Below are positions 1 through 13,390 of a stretch of DNA of 64,000 nucleotides, one piece after another. Every line of letters begins with the position of its first letter. The stretch's first letter is position 1. The stretch is taken from NCBI RefSeq assembly GCF_028641065.1, contig NC_073389.1:11346001-11410000 (forward strand), read 5' to 3'. The notes beneath the pieces were generated by a model. The model saw only the letters and a program-made list of their open reading frames with translations, did no database searches and had not been told where the DNA came from. The translations under genes were made by a program, and so were the position numbers. The stretch is from Leucoraja erinacea (Eukaryota).

Positions 1-104
1 TGTTGCTGTATTTTACATATAATTTAAATGTAATGTACATTTTCCAAGCACTTTTATGCTTCAATTCCTATATTTATGTTGAAACTAGTGGCTCCATATT
101 AATG

Positions 105-236
105 TGTATGAAGGAACTGCAGATGCTGGTTTAAACCAAAGATAGACACAGAGTGCTGGAGTAACTCAGAGGGATAGGCAGCATCTCTGGAGAGAAGGGG
201 TGACGTTTCTGGTCGAAACCCTTCTTCAGACTGACT
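105..236 (-). mobile_element. Short Penelope-derived 3'-end fragment with hammerhead-like motif
   Basis: Reverse complement matches the 3' tail of the Penelope element at 3660-3790 (cagtctgaagaagggt...gaaacgtca...ctccagca...ccagcatctgcagttcctt). Confidence 0.7.
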
Positions 237-2665
237 CCAGATTAATATATTGTTTTAGTATGAGGGCTTGGAAATCTCCATTACGTCCATTCTCTGGCAA
301 TGATACTTGCAAATGAATTAGGGTAAATATGCCAGAAACTTATTTATATTTCTGCAACATTCTTTACTTAAGATCCTTAATGCAGAATTTGTGATGAATG
401 TAAACCTGAATCCTAGAGTGAAAGACCACCACACTCATATTTTTACATAAAGATAATGCCATCTACAGGTGTTTATTTTACTGGCATCTCAAGCCTGCTC
501 TCCTAATATTTCCCCAGTCCTGCAAATTTCTTCCCTTCAAATACATATCCCCTTCCCTTTTTAAACACTTCTGTTATAACTGCCTCCATTACTACCCCTG
601 GAAATGTTAAAGTTTTTCCACATTACTTTTTACCGTTTCTTCAATCACTTTCACTCGATGTCTCTAGATCTTCCAAATCCCTCAGACTCATTGGAATCAC
701 TCTCTCAGCATTACAGCGTGTTATTGACATTGCAGTTGCTGGGCTAAGTGCCAGCAGCAGTGTGAACTAACAATAAATCAGTAGAGTTATGCTTAACTTG
801 GGGAAATCTGACAAGATAAATAGAATTGAAGAATAGTCACTGCACAGTAGGCAATTTGTCCAATTGCCTCTGAACTGATTCTGTGTAAGAACCATCCAGC
901 TAGGCCAACTCCCACAGACTCCAGCAGATTTCTTCCTTTCAAATACACATCCAGCTCCTTTCTAAACACCACTATTAAATCTGATAAAGTTAGAACTTTT
1001 CCACATGTTACTTCTGGCTCTTTTGTCAATCATCCTCACTCTTGCCCTTTGGATCGTGACCAATGCAGCAACAGCAAGCATTATCTCCCTCTACTCGTGC
1101 CTATGCTCATCATTATTTTAAATCATTTGTGCAATTTCCTTGTTACCTTCCCTGTTCCAAGAGAACAATCCTGGCTTCTCTCATCCCAAAACCTTTACAC
1201 CTTTCCAAAAAGATAGCACCTAAAAGCAAACACAACACTGTGGTGCTTGAACGAGCATTTTATAAAAGTGCATCGTGACAACCTTGCCCTTACACTAGAG
1301 GTATCCATTTATAAAAGCCGCAATCCAATATGCTTTCTCAAGCACGTTCTCAAGCTGCTGTGCACTATTGGAAATAAGTCATCTGAAACAAAGCCAGATC
1401 CTGTAGAGACGCAGCCTGTCTATATCGGTTTAATAATGACATATCAATTGGGTCATACAAACCTCAGGTCTCAATGTTCTGGTGCCCTTTTTAGAAGTGT
1501 ACCTTCTAGTTGGTATTACTTTTTCTCATTTCTCCAACAAAATGTACTCTGTTTGTCTCACTTGTCACCAATTCTACAGCACGTCTATTTCTCCATTTCA
1601 CACCACAACTACAAGTTTTGCGTCATCTAACCTTACAACTAAAGATTGTATTATTTGTGGTACTTTCTAAAACACCATGAGGATGACATACAATGTTGTT
1701 TTAATGCCAACTACTAGTAAAAGATAGATTTCTAGGCAAACTACAAAGATTAACCTGAACAAAACGTCAGAAACAAATTATAACCCGACTTTAAGAGATG
1801 TGACTGTAGGATTCGGCTTTGCTTCAGCTGGCCTTGCACTGTTAGTGCGATCACTACAATCCGAACACACCAGTATTTCTCCCAATCAAAATCAAAAGAG
1901 CAGCCAATATTGCCCCAGGTAAATGAATGTATCACATGACCAGCATAGATCAAGGGCCATTCATCTTCACACCGATATACTATTTTAATGTAAGGGTGTC
2001 GTTAAATTAAAAAAACAGCAAACCAGGAAATAAAAAGCATAATTTCTGACTAACGTGTTACATATTTTACAGATTGAAACTAAATTGAAACATATTGATG
2101 AGATAAAGATAGATGATGACATATCAAATTATATATTTAAAATTAAATAAATGTTTTTGTACTTTTCAGACAAGTTCTGATAAAGTTCAGATCTTTAAAA
2201 CAATTATCTCAGGGAATTACAATCCACACTTATAAAATTAGCTTTTCAAGGCCAGAAGATTTGATAAGCAATTCATTTAGTTTTGCACACTATACTAAAC
2301 AAAACACTAAACGATTGCAAATTGCCATAAGTATATACTATATGGGAGATTCTAGTGCTATGTTTTCTTCCCAACTCATCCAATTCGTATCCATTATCTG
2401 TTCTCCGAAACCCAGTAATGCAACATAATGTGCTAAAGATAAAGTATTTAACTATGTTTTATGACTGGATTTTATAAAGGGTGAGCAGGGAAACAAATCA
2501 AGGGTATTCCATTTCTGTGGTCATTACAAAATACACGTTTCAAAGTCATTGCCAAGCTATGAAAAATTATATATTACAACATAGATAGGCCAAAGTCTGG
2601 TCTTCAGACTGAAATACTTAATTAATTTGTGCCATAGCTACATAATTGATCACATGTGATCTTCA

Positions 2666-3790
2666 TCTCCATCGACTACTGACCGACATCTACTATAAAC
2701 CCACTGACTCCCATGGCTATCTGGACTTCACTTCCTCCCACCCTGCTTCCTGTAAGGACTCCATCCCCTGCTCTCAATTCCTCCGTCTACGCCGCATCTG
2801 CACACAGGATGAGGTGTTCCAAACCAGGACATCGGAGATGTCCTCCTTCTTTAGGGAACGGGGGTTCCCCTCTTCTACCATAGATGAAGCTCTCATCAAG
2901 GTCTCTTCTATACCCCGTAACTCTGCTCTCACTCCCCATCGTAGCAAGGGCAGAGATCTCCTTGTCCTCACCTTCCACCCTACCAGGCGTCACATACAAC
3001 AAAAAATCCTCCAACATTTTCGCCACCTCCAACAGGATCCCACCACTGGCCACATCTTCCCATCTCCTCCCCTTTCGGCTTTCCGCAGAGACCGCTCACT
3101 CCGTAACTCCCTTGTCCATTCATCCCTTCCCACCCAAACCACCCCTGGCACTTTCCATTGCAACCACAGGAAATGCTACACTTGTCACTTTACCTCCCCT
3201 CTTGACTCTATCCAAGGACCCAAGCAGTCTTTCCAGGTGCAGCAGAGGTTCACCTGCACCTCCTCCAACCTCATCTATTGCATCCGCTGCTCTAGGTGTC
3301 AGCTGCTCTACATTGGTGAGACCAAGCGTAGGCTTGGCGATCGCTTCGCCCAACACCTCCGCTCGGCTTGCAATAACCAACCTGATCTCCCGGTGGCTCA
3401 GCACTTCAACTCCCCCTCCCATTCCGAATCCGACCTTTCTGTCCTGGGCCTCCTCCATGGCCAGAGTGAGGCCCACCATAAATTGGAGGAGCAGCACCTC
3501 ATATTTCCCTTGGGTAGTTTACACCCCAGCGGTATGAACATTGACTTCTCCAATTCCAGGTAGTCCTTGTTTTCTCCTTCTTTCCCCTCTCCCTCCCAGC
3601 TCTCCCACAGCCCACGGTCTCAGCTTCTTCCTTTCTTCTTTCCGCCACCCACCCCCACATCAGTCTGAAGAAGGGTCTTGAACCGAAACGTTGCCTATTT
3701 AATTTGCTCCATAGATGCTCCATCACCCGCTGAGTTTCTCCAGCATTTTTGTCTACCTTCAATTTTCCAGCATCTGCAGTTCCTTCTTAA
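2666..3790 (+). mobile_element. 5'-truncated Penelope-like retroelement (RT C-terminus plus GIY-YIG endonuclease)
   Basis: ORF 2646-3563 has TDIYYKPTDSHGYL (PLE RT thumb), a Cys linker and NLIYCIRCSRCQLLYIGETKRRLGDRFAQH (GIY-YIG). Flanked by a perfect 14-bp direct repeat ACATGTGATCTTCA at 2652-2665 and 3791-3804. Confidence 0.92.
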
Positions 3791-6052
3791 ACATGTGATC
3801 TTCAGGCATGTTCGTATATGTGCTTCTTGATTATGGTTTAGGCAAAACAAGCAGAGAAGACATCAGGAACCTTTGCATTTTGCAGTGACCTGTTGTGATC
3901 ATCCTCATGAAAGGGTAGTGAACGAAATTAATTATTTCGAATCAAAACGTTTGGAAAAATAATTCTAGGGGCCTGGGAAACAGCAGAGAATAGCTGCACA
4001 CGTGCCACGAGCCAAATGACTCCCTGAGTGCTATATCATCACTCAGCTATTCTCAGATTTTTATTCCTGTTTTTTCCTCTTCTAATTATGTTGGCTGATG
4101 GTGAATCTGAACAAAGTCCCGGTCGGTTACTTCCCTTTCTGCAACACCACAGATGGGGAAAATCGTGGCTTTATCCCATCACATTTATCCCCCACAGATG
4201 CTGCCTGACTCGCTGAGTCGCTCCAGAACCTGGTGTTTTGCCCAAGATTACAGCATCTGCAATTCCTTGTGTCTCCACAGCTATGTTGTTTACAGAAGTC
4301 AACAGAAAACAACTCGGTGTGGGAACCCCTACTGATCTCTTCTTCCTTCAGGGACGTTGATGGCAGACGGAAGGTTTCTTACTGCATCCCTGGCTGACTT
4401 CAACCAGCTCAGCAGAGACCAAGTGAAGAGGCTATACCCTGGTGGCAGCAGTATATTTATACACCTGTGCCTGTAACGCGAGTAATGATAGAGAACGTCC
4501 TCACCTTCCACCCTACCAGGCGTCACATACAACAAAAAATCCTCCAACATTTTTGCCACCTCCAACGGGATCCCACCACTGGCCACATCTTCCCATCTCC
4601 TCCCCTTTTGGCTTTCCGCAGAGACCGCTCCCTCCGTAACTCCCTTGTCCATTCGTCCCTTCCCACCCAAACCACCCCCTCTCCTGGCACTTTCCATTGC
4701 AACCGCAGGAAATGCTACACTTGTCACTTTACCTCCCCTCTTGACTCTATCCAAGGACCCAAGCAGTCTTTCCAGGTGCAGCAGAGGTTCACCTGCACCT
4801 CCTCCAGCCTCATCTATTGCATCCACTGCTCTAGGTGTCAGCTGCTCTATATTGGTGAGACCAAGCGTAGGCTTGGCGATCGCTTCGCCCAACACCTCCA
4901 CTCGGCTTGCAATAACCAACCTGATCTCCCGGTGGCTCAGCACTTCAACTCCCCCTCCCATTCCGAATCCGACCTTTCTGTCCTGGGCCTCCTCCATGGC
5001 CAGAGTGAGGCCCACCATAAATTGGAGGAGCAGCACCTCATATTTCCCTTGGGTAGTTTACACCCCAGCGGTATGAACATTGACTTCTCCAATTCCAGGT
5101 AGTCCTTGTTTTCTCCTTCTTTCCCCTCTCCCTCCCAGCTCTCCCACAGCCCACGGTCTCAGCTTCTTCCTTTCTTCTTTCCGCCACCCCCCCCCCCCCC
5201 CCCCCACCCCCACATCAGTCTGAAGAAGGGTCTTGAACCGAAACGTTGCCTATTTCATTCGCTCTATAGATGCTCCCTCACACGCTGAGTTTCTCCAGCA
5301 TTTTTGTCTACCTTCAATTTTCCAGCATCTGCAGTTGCTTCTTAAACATGTGATCTTCAGGCATGTTCGTATATGTGCTTCTTGATTATGGTTTAGGCAA
5401 AACAAGCAGAGAAGACATCAGGAACCTTTGCATTTTGCAGTGACCCGTTGTGATCATCCTCATGAAAGGGTAGTGAACGAAATTAATTATTTCGAATCAA
5501 AACGTTTGGAAAAATAATTCTAGGGGCCTGGGAAACAGCAGAGAATAGCTGCACACGTGCCACGAGCCAAATGACTCCCTGGGTGCTGTATCATCACTCA
5601 GCTATTCTCAGATTTTTATTCCTGTTTTTTCCTCTTCTAATTATGTTGGCTGATGGTGAATCTGAACAAAGTCCCAGTCGGTTACTTCCCTTTCTGCAAC
5701 ACCACAGATGGGGAAAATCGTGGCTTTATCCCATCACATTTATCCCCCACAGATGCTGCCTGACTCGCTGAGTTGCTCCAGAACCTGGTGTTTTGCCCAA
5801 GATTACAGCATCTGCAATTCCTTGTGTCTCCACAGCTATGTTGTTTTACAGAAGTCAACAGAAAACAACTCGGTGTGGGAACTCCTACTGATCTCTTCTT
5901 CCTTCAGGGACGTTGATGGCAGACGGAAGGTTTCTTACTGCATCCCTGGCTGACTTCAACCAGTTCAGCAGAGACCAAGTGAAGAGGCTATACCCTGGTG
6001 GCAGCAGTATATTTATACACCTGTGCCTGTAACGCGAGTAATGATAGAGAAC
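2964..6052. repeat. Head-to-tail tandem duplication of about 1.55 kb (copy 1 2964-4496, copy 2 4497-6052)
   Basis: Near-identical sequence including unique flank. Junction reads gatagagaac|gtcctcaccttcc at 4496/4497. Confidence 0.93.
4497..5346 (+). mobile_element. Second, partial copy of the Penelope-like element created by the tandem duplication
   Basis: ORF 4467-5102 is nearly identical to the C-terminal part of ORF 2646-3563 and is followed by the same 3' flank. Confidence 0.9.
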
Positions 6053-6203
6053 TTCTAATAATTTATAATACACAACTGCATTCCTCCCCGAGAAGAACCA
6101 TGCACTATTAACCTGGCACCAGCAAAAGGAAATCTTTCCCTGTAGTAAATTTAAGATCCTGACAATGAGAAGGATTAGATTAACCTTTGAAGCGCCCACC
6201 AAC

Positions 6204-7310
6204 CTGAAATATCTGTAGAATATTGTGTTTCTCCATGTACAGCACAGATCGCTTATATGGATCTTCAAAACAGGTTCCAATTTTTTCTTCAAAGTCTGCA
6301 GACATCTCTGTCACAGCTGAAGCTAAAATCTCAGTTGCAGCTGCAGTTTGATCAGTGGTGCCAGCTGCAGGTTCAGATGTTTCAGATTTACCTACTGGTT
6401 CAGTTTTAGATCCATTAATGACCTGCCCCTCTTGTTCAGGTGCAGTCTCTGCCACCGGTTCTCCTGCAGTTTCTGTCCCTGGTTCAACTGCAGTCTCTGC
6501 CACAGGCTCAGCCGCAGGCTCTGGTTCAGTTGCAGTCTCTGCCACAGGCTCAGCCGCAGGCTCTGGTTCAGTTGCAGGCTCTGCCACAGGTTCATCTGCA
6601 GGTTCTGGTTCATCTGCAGGTTCTGGTTCATCTGCAGGTTCTGGTTCGGCTGCGGGTTCTGGTTCGGCTGCAGGTTCTGGTTCGGCTGCAGGTTCTGGTT
6701 CGGCTGCGGGTTCTGGTTCATCTGCAGGTTCTGGTTCGGCTGCGGGTTCTGGTTCGGCTGCAGGTTCTGGTTCGGCTGCAGGTTCTGGTTCGGCTGCAGG
6801 TTCTGGTTCGGCTGCGGGTTCTTGTTCGGCTGCGGGTTCTTGTTCGGCTGCAGGTTCTGGTTCGGCTGCAGGTTCTGGTTCGGCTGCAGGTTCTGTTTCG
6901 GCTGCGGGTTCTGGTTCATCTGCGGGTTCTGGTTCGGCTGCAGGTTCTGTTTCGGCTGCAGGTTCTGGTTCGGCTGCAGGTTCTGGTTCGGCTGCAGGTT
7001 CTTGTTCGGCTGCAGGTTCTTGTTCGGCTGCAGGTTCTTCTTCAGCTGCAGGTTCTTCTTCAGGTGCAGGTTCTTCTTCAGCTGCAGGTTCTTCTTCAGC
7101 TGCAGGTTCTTCTTCAGCTGCAGGTTCCTCATCTACAGGCTCTGGGTCAGCTGCAGGCTCTGCCACTGGTTCTGTATCTAGTTCCGCTGAATTTCCTCCC
7201 ACTGGTTCTGCTGACTCCATTTCTGGGGCGCGAGGGAGAATTTCTGGTTCATCAACAGGATTGACTGCAGATCCATCAGTTTCCTTTTCGGTGGGGTTCT
7301 GATCATCATT
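6204..7310 (-). CDS. TEX55: TEX55-like (C3orf30) testis protein, large internal exon: acidic Glu/Pro/Ala repeat plus start of the RIIa-like dimerization/docking domain
   Basis: Acceptor ccttacag|AAT at 7310 and donor TTTCAG|gttggt at 6204; 1107 nt, phase 0/0, no stops. C-terminal [21 protein letters not shown] matches the recalled TEX55 motif [12 protein letters not shown]. The next exon was not located in the window. Confidence 0.8.
6480..7165 (-). repeat. Coding 18-bp tandem repeat ([18 protein letters not shown], roughly 30 units) with 36-bp variant units at one end
   Basis: Plus strand (ggttctggttcggctgca)n and variants; explains the multiple overlapping long ORFs here. Confidence 0.95.
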
Positions 7311-7339
7311 CTGTAAGGTTATATAGTTAATGGATGTTC

Positions 7340-10280
7340 AATTACAGCATTTTATACAAGAAACATCTCTAATGTCCCTGATGACAAGACCAGCAGGAAG
7401 TGTGTCCAGCTGCAGCCCCCCGACAGATCACATAATGTGATTGGATCTGCGGGAGGACTTGCTATGGAGGTATCCGGGTGCAGAGATCGCAGAACCAGAC
7501 AGCTTGTTTAGTGAGTAAATCACTCCACATGTACAGACGGGGGAGGGGGAGAGCTGGTTGATCAGCAGGAAGGGCGTCAGGGCATTGGGGCAGTGCAGGA
7601 GTCCCCTGCGGACACACTCCTCTCTAACAAGTAGACCATGTTGGACCACCCTGGGGAGAACAGCAGCAAGAACCCAGTCTGTTGCACCTGGGAGGCTGAT
7701 GATGTACAGAAAGAGTGGAGCAGGACTGGGTGTGTGATAGTGAGGTAGGACTTTTCTATATTAAAGGGGTCAGAAACCTTTTTGAAGGTTGGTATCTTGC
7801 CTCTCTGGTGCGAGGGTCGAGATTGCCTTGGACTGACTATAGCACAGTCTGGAAGGAAAGGATGAACAGCTGGAGGTTATGGACATGTAGGTACCAATGA
7901 CACCGGGAAGAGAACAGGCTGAGGTCCTGGAACATGAGTTTGTAGACCTATGCAGCCATTTAAGGATCAGGACCTCAAAGGTGAGATCTCTGGATTGCTT
8001 CTGGTGTCACTAGCTAATGAGTATGGGAATAGAGGATAGGTTAGATTAATGCCTAGTTGAACATGGTTGGGGAGGATAGGCTTTAGGTTCCTAGATCAAT
8101 GGGACCATTTCAGGTGAGGATTGGATCTGTATAGGGGGACGAGTTGCACCTTAACCAGAATGGAACCAACACCCTTGCTAGGAGATTTGCTAGTGCTGTT
8201 GGGGAAGGGAGCTGCTGGGTTGGCAGGGAAGGGAGCTCAGGGTAATTAATGAGATGCAGAGGTACAATGACCTAGAGAAGAAATAGTAAGTCTAGTTGAT
8301 AAAACAAGCGGGTGAGTGAACATCAAGTGAATACAAAGCAAAGTTGTATTTATTTTAATGCAGGCATTAACTTCGCAAAGTAAATTGACTCAAAGTTTTA
8401 ATTAACTAGAGGATTACGATAGAGTAGGCATCAATGCAACATGGTTGAATGACAGGCAGGACTGGCAAGTTAGTATCCTAGGACATAGAATTTTCAAACA
8501 AAGGAATGGAGGGAGTAAAGGAGAGGAAGTATTACACTGTTAGTCATAGATTGGATCTCTTTGATGTGCTTGATGACAACGAGCTTGAATGTGGACAAAT
8601 CACCAGGACCAGATGGGATTCATCCCAAAATGGCAAGTCAAGTCAAGTCAAGTCAAGTTTATTTGTCACATACACATACGAGATGTGCAGTGAATAGGCA
8701 AGGGAATAGATTGCTAATGCTCTGGCTGAGACGTTAAAATCTTTGCTGGGCAGTAGTGAAGTACCAGATGATTGGAGGACAGCTAACATGATATCCCTTT
8801 ACAAGAAAAGCCACAGGGAGCAAGCCTGGTAGCTACAGGCCTGTGAGTCTAATATCAGTTGCAGGAAGATACTGGGAAAAAAAATCAGAAGAATTGGAGT
8901 AATGTTCAGTGGGAAAGGCAGGAATTAATTAGAGACGCCAACATGCTTAGTACTGGTGTCAGAGGTTATGGGGGAAAGGCATGAGAATGGGGTTAGGAGC
9001 AAAGATCCTATAGCTTGTTTTAGGATCTTTGGTTAGGAAGGAGAGATAGAACAGCCATGATTGAATGGCGGAGTAGACTTGATGGGCTGAATGGCCTAAT
9101 TCTGCTCCAATCATTTATGATCTTATGCTTTGTCAAGGGCAGATCCAGTCTGAGCAATTTGATTGAATTATTTGAAGACTTAAAAAGTATATTGATTAGG
9201 ACAGGCCTGTAGATATATTACACATCAACTTTGGTAAGGCTCCGTACATGGGAGATTGGTTCAACAGATTGGGGCCCATGGGAGTCGGGGCAAGTTGACA
9301 AGCAGGATCCAAATCTGGCTTGGCAATAGGGAGACAGAGAAGGATGGTAGATGATTGTTTGTTTGTGGTTGGATGTCTCTGATTTGAGGTGTCTCACACA
9401 GATGAAGCCTGGAGCCTTGCTGTTTGTAATATCATTGTTGTGTGGGTATGGGAGGCAAAATAAGTACATTTGTGCACGACAAAAAAAAAATGCTGGAAAT
9501 TGTTAGAGGATAGTCCTATGCTGCACAGAGTTATCACTGTGTTGGAGAAATGGCTGAATGAGGCCAGATGGAATTTAATTCAGACAAATATGAGGGGCTG
9601 CATTTTAGAAGCATTAATGGGGCTAGGACATACACCATGAATGACAAAGTCTGAAAGAGGGACCTTGGAATAGAAGGCCATTGATCCTTCAAGAATTCTT
9701 ACCTTCTTTAGTCAGGGCATGAAATACAGAGGTGTGGTAAGTATGTTCCAGTTTATAAAACATTGGTCACACTACAGCTGGAGTACTACGGGCAATTCTG
9801 GTCATCTCGCTATAGGAAGGATGTGAAAGTGCTGGAGAAGTGAGGGGGAAATGTATTAGATGTTGCTTGAGGTGGAGCAGTTCAGGAGAAACTGGAGAAG
9901 CAAAGACTGTTCTGTCTGGAACTGAGAACATGGTTGAGGTATATAAAACTTTGAAGAGTGTACATTGAGTAGATTGCAGGAAATGTTCCCCAATATCAAA
10001 GATAGTTTAAAGGACATGGAAATTAGGTAAGGGGGAAAAGATTTAGAGAGGATATGAGAGGGACCTTCTTCATCCAGAGAGTGGCAAGCATCTGGAATGC
10101 ACTGACTGAGAGTGGTTCAAGCTGGGTCACTGAGAGAATTTAGGAACATTTGAATCACCTGGGCATATAAGGCTATGGAGTAAATGCTCCAAGATGGGAT
10201 TAATACAGAAAGGTGCCCAATGGTTCGTATGAATGAGTTGGCATGATTGGCCTATCCCTATGCTGTATGATTCTATGACT
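7340..10280 (+). mobile_element. Old, decayed and internally deleted CR1-clade LINE (ORF1 esterase-like and ORF2 remnants) in TEX55 intron 1
   Basis: HVGTND-like (about 7885) and DELHLN-like (about 8140) SGNH ORF1 remnants; ORF2 remnants resembling VPDDWRTAN, YRPVSLISV and LEY-QFWS; CR1-type 3' tail tgctgtatgattctatgact. Boundaries approximate. Confidence 0.75.
9000..9031. mobile_element. 32-bp minimal hAT-type element (TIR tips only)
   Basis: CAAAGATCCTA...TAGGATCTTTG inverted ends identical to those of the MITE at 26865-27252; flanked by gttaggag/gttaggaa (7/8 match TSD). Confidence 0.8.
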
Positions 10281-12969
10281 GTATGCTTCCAAACTATCAG
10301 TTTGTTAATCTATTTGAACTTCTGTTGTGTAAATAATCAAGCAAAGTTTGTTATCAATCTGAAACATTAAGCCAACTTCTTCTTCCACAGATGCTACCCA
10401 ACCTCTGAGTAGTTTCACCATTCTAAGCCTGTACAGGTTGAAACTTTCTAGTCTGGCATCCTTGGGACATGACTGGTGCAACACCACATAAAATCCAGAC
10501 CACAACAATTTCCCTCGATCACCCCCCTTCTGAGAAATAGAACTTTGATAACAAACTTTTCTTTTTTGGGGTCCAGAAAGTTGCATGGGTTACATGAGGA
10601 CCATGGGTAACTGGAAGTTTCAGTAACCCAGAAACACTGTTGGCTGAGATTCCTGTCAGCTAGATCACAAAGGTTGTGCTGGTAGTTTAATGGGGTATAT
10701 TAATACAGGTCTTAGTTAATTTACGATTCTAGTTCGATATTATTAAGATAAATTAATTAGTACAGTTCTGTACCACAGCATGGCAGATCGTTGGGGGTTG
10801 CTGGACCATAAAATGCTGAACTGGAGAGTTTTAATCTGTATTACATTGATTGCAAGGCAAGAGTTAAGGCCAAGGTAAATGTAGATGCTGTGTCCCACGG
10901 GATTTGGTCTAAGACAATAAAAAGAGAAGACAGTAAACAATTAAGACGATTATTGCTGCGAGGTAAAATAGGGAATGTGGAACCATCTGGATTAGCTGAG
11001 GTGAATTATATAAAAGAAGCTTGAACAGGACATATTGATTGAGTTAGATGAGGATTATCTAGTAATTCACCAAATTTACCCACAACCTCCTATATATTTG
11101 GAAGTGGTCAAAGGGCCTATCATGGTTGAAGGGAAGCCACAGTACAGGAAGAAGAAATATATTTTGGTGACTAATTCATGTTGTCTATACAAAAAATATA
11201 TATCTGAATAGCTTTTCAAAGTGTCTTTGAGAAAATATCTTGTCAGATTTAAGTTAACTGATGCAGGAACATACGATTAGGTTTTCCAAGCAGGACATAG
11301 TTAGTGGACAAAAAGCTTTTGTATTAAATGATTAATATAATGAGTTGTATACAGTGAGGTGCAGGTTGCCAAGTGGTTACTATAGGAATTAATTTGCTAA
11401 GGAATTAATAGAATGACATTTTATCAAACTTTGAAGGCACAAAATTGGTTACATGGTTATTGACAGTAGTTGTCCTTTTATAATAACTGTAGAACTTGTG
11501 GGAATTTAGAATGATTAAAATTGAATCTGAAATTGAATCTGATCGAAATCTCCTGCATTTTTTTTTCTTGAATGACATAGAAAAAATGGACCAGGCATTT
11601 TTTTATCTATTAAAGAAAAAGAAAACCAACTGCTAGAATTGTTGCTTTACACTAATGTTTTTGTTATGTAAAAGCAAAGATGATTAAATTAAGCTCTTTT
11701 TGCATTGGCATATACAAAAGGTAATATTACAGCTAGTTTTACAGACAAAGGCTGAATTAACAGGTTCAAAGGCAAGCCATGCCACCAACCCCAGAGTTTG
11801 AAGTTACAGAGGGTGGAACTTCTTATGTTTTCTTTGTTTTCCACCTCTAGTGCCCAGTAATTAAAGGTGTTTTTTAATAAGGTGCATTATTTTCTGGGAT
11901 GTTCCAGCATGACACTGATTTGGTGCCAGCAGGGGTGTATTTTACTGAATAAAGTAAATGTGCAGCTCCAGGCATTCCACATTTTTTTGTGAACCAAAAT
12001 ATAAAGAAGGATGGTATATTTTAACTGGTAACTTTTGGCTTTGACTGCACTGTCGTTGAAAGACAAAAGAACCTTACAAAAGAAAAATACATACCAGGGA
12101 AACAATACACTCCTCTAAGATGAGACGATGGGCCATTCTCAGGGGCTTTAGCCGCTTAATTGTAAGCACTGCCATGTTTTAATTTATATGCTATCAATGC
12201 TGTGTCGAGTTGTTTTAATGTTTTCATCTTGGCTGGTAGGTTTATGTTTGTTGTGTTTTTCAACAATTTCATAAAATGGGGACAGGGTACAGTGGTCACC
12301 TTAATGTTAACATTATATGTGCAGAAATGCGTGGTATTTTTTACATTACATATTTTTTCAATTAGATTTTCATTCCTGCATCTGCACATTGTTTCTATTT
12401 TCCATACTTATTTCTTGTGCTGTAATTTATTCGTTGGGCTATTTCCATTTTTCCTTGGGCTGTTTCCATAATACCTCAGCATTACCTTTAAACATTATAC
12501 ATAGAATCAGATAATTGATGATAAACTACTTAGCACTGGGGGGTTGGCAGACAACTCTGTATGCTGTTCCCAGCATTGCTACAGTGCATATGGAAAATGG
12601 GAGGCGTTGGCCTGCTGCCTACTGACCTCAAGTCCAGTTCAGCAGGTATGGATTTACTGAGCTGCAGGGGGTGAAGCAGGAATATCCACGTCTGTATTGC
12701 AGCTCTGAGCCCTGAAGTTACTGCCCACCAGGTTGTTGGTGCTACTGACCCACAAGCAGATCTTCCCACTACAAAGTAATGAAAACGTTCTTCCTGTAAA
12801 TGACACCCACCCACCCCAGAGAGGTTTGGTGACAGCTCATCGACCTTGTCTCTATACAGCTGCTGCCCGACCTGCTGAGTGTTTCCAGTGAAAACTAATC
12901 ACACATGCAGAGGGGGACTCAGCGTGTGTGGCAGCATCTGTGGAGGGAAGTGTACAGATGCTGATTAGT

Positions 12970-13390
12970 TCGGGACCCTATTAGCTGGGATTAGCGCGCT
13001 CTGTGGCGCCGGGGGTAGTTTATCGGCCAGTGTCCGGGTTGAGAGGAGCCGGGGCTGATGCCTTGATGTTGCCGAGACACCCAGAGCCATGACTGACCAT
13101 GAATGCACAGAGGGGGATGCGGTTACCTCGCTCATCACTGCACCACCGGATTTCCGCACTCTCTTCCACAAGCCGCAAGAAAAGGAATATTAATGCCAAG
13201 TATTTTCGAAACGCGCGTCTGAGACAGTTCGCATCCCCGACACCCGCCCCCCTACTTTGTCCGCTCGGAGTTACTGTAGATGGCGGCCGTTGCCGGGGAA
13301 ACCCACACGTAATATACGTCGCGAATGACCAGCGGCCCGCCATGCCGTCGCCGTGGCAACGGGGTTCCCCGCGCCGCCAGGGGGGGAAGC
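12970..13390 (-). promoter_or_regulatory. CpG-island promoter of the TEX55-like gene with two RFX X-boxes and a YY1-like motif
   Basis: Local CpG enrichment; GTTGCCGGGGAAAC (13289-13302) and GTCGCCGTGGCAAC (13347-13360) fit the RFX X-box; AGATGGCGGC near 13278. Confidence 0.7.
13127..13135 (-). CDS. TEX55: Putative first coding exon of TEX55-like gene (Met-Ser-Glu)
   Basis: gcagtgATGAGCGAG|gtaacc inside the CpG island; phase-0 donor fits the phase-0 acceptor at 7310, giving [13 protein letters not shown]. Confidence 0.6.

Noticed and set aside
1-2650. Search for the final TEX55 exon (expected ITENLV..PEDPL-like)
   Set aside because: No convincing match seen on the minus strand; probably beyond the window start.
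6348-7302. Long alternative-frame and antisense ORFs (6348-7181, 6355-7302, 6392-7132, 6440-7264)
   Set aside because: By-products of a stop-free 18-bp repeat; only the minus EPAAE frame has splice sites and a recognisable domain.
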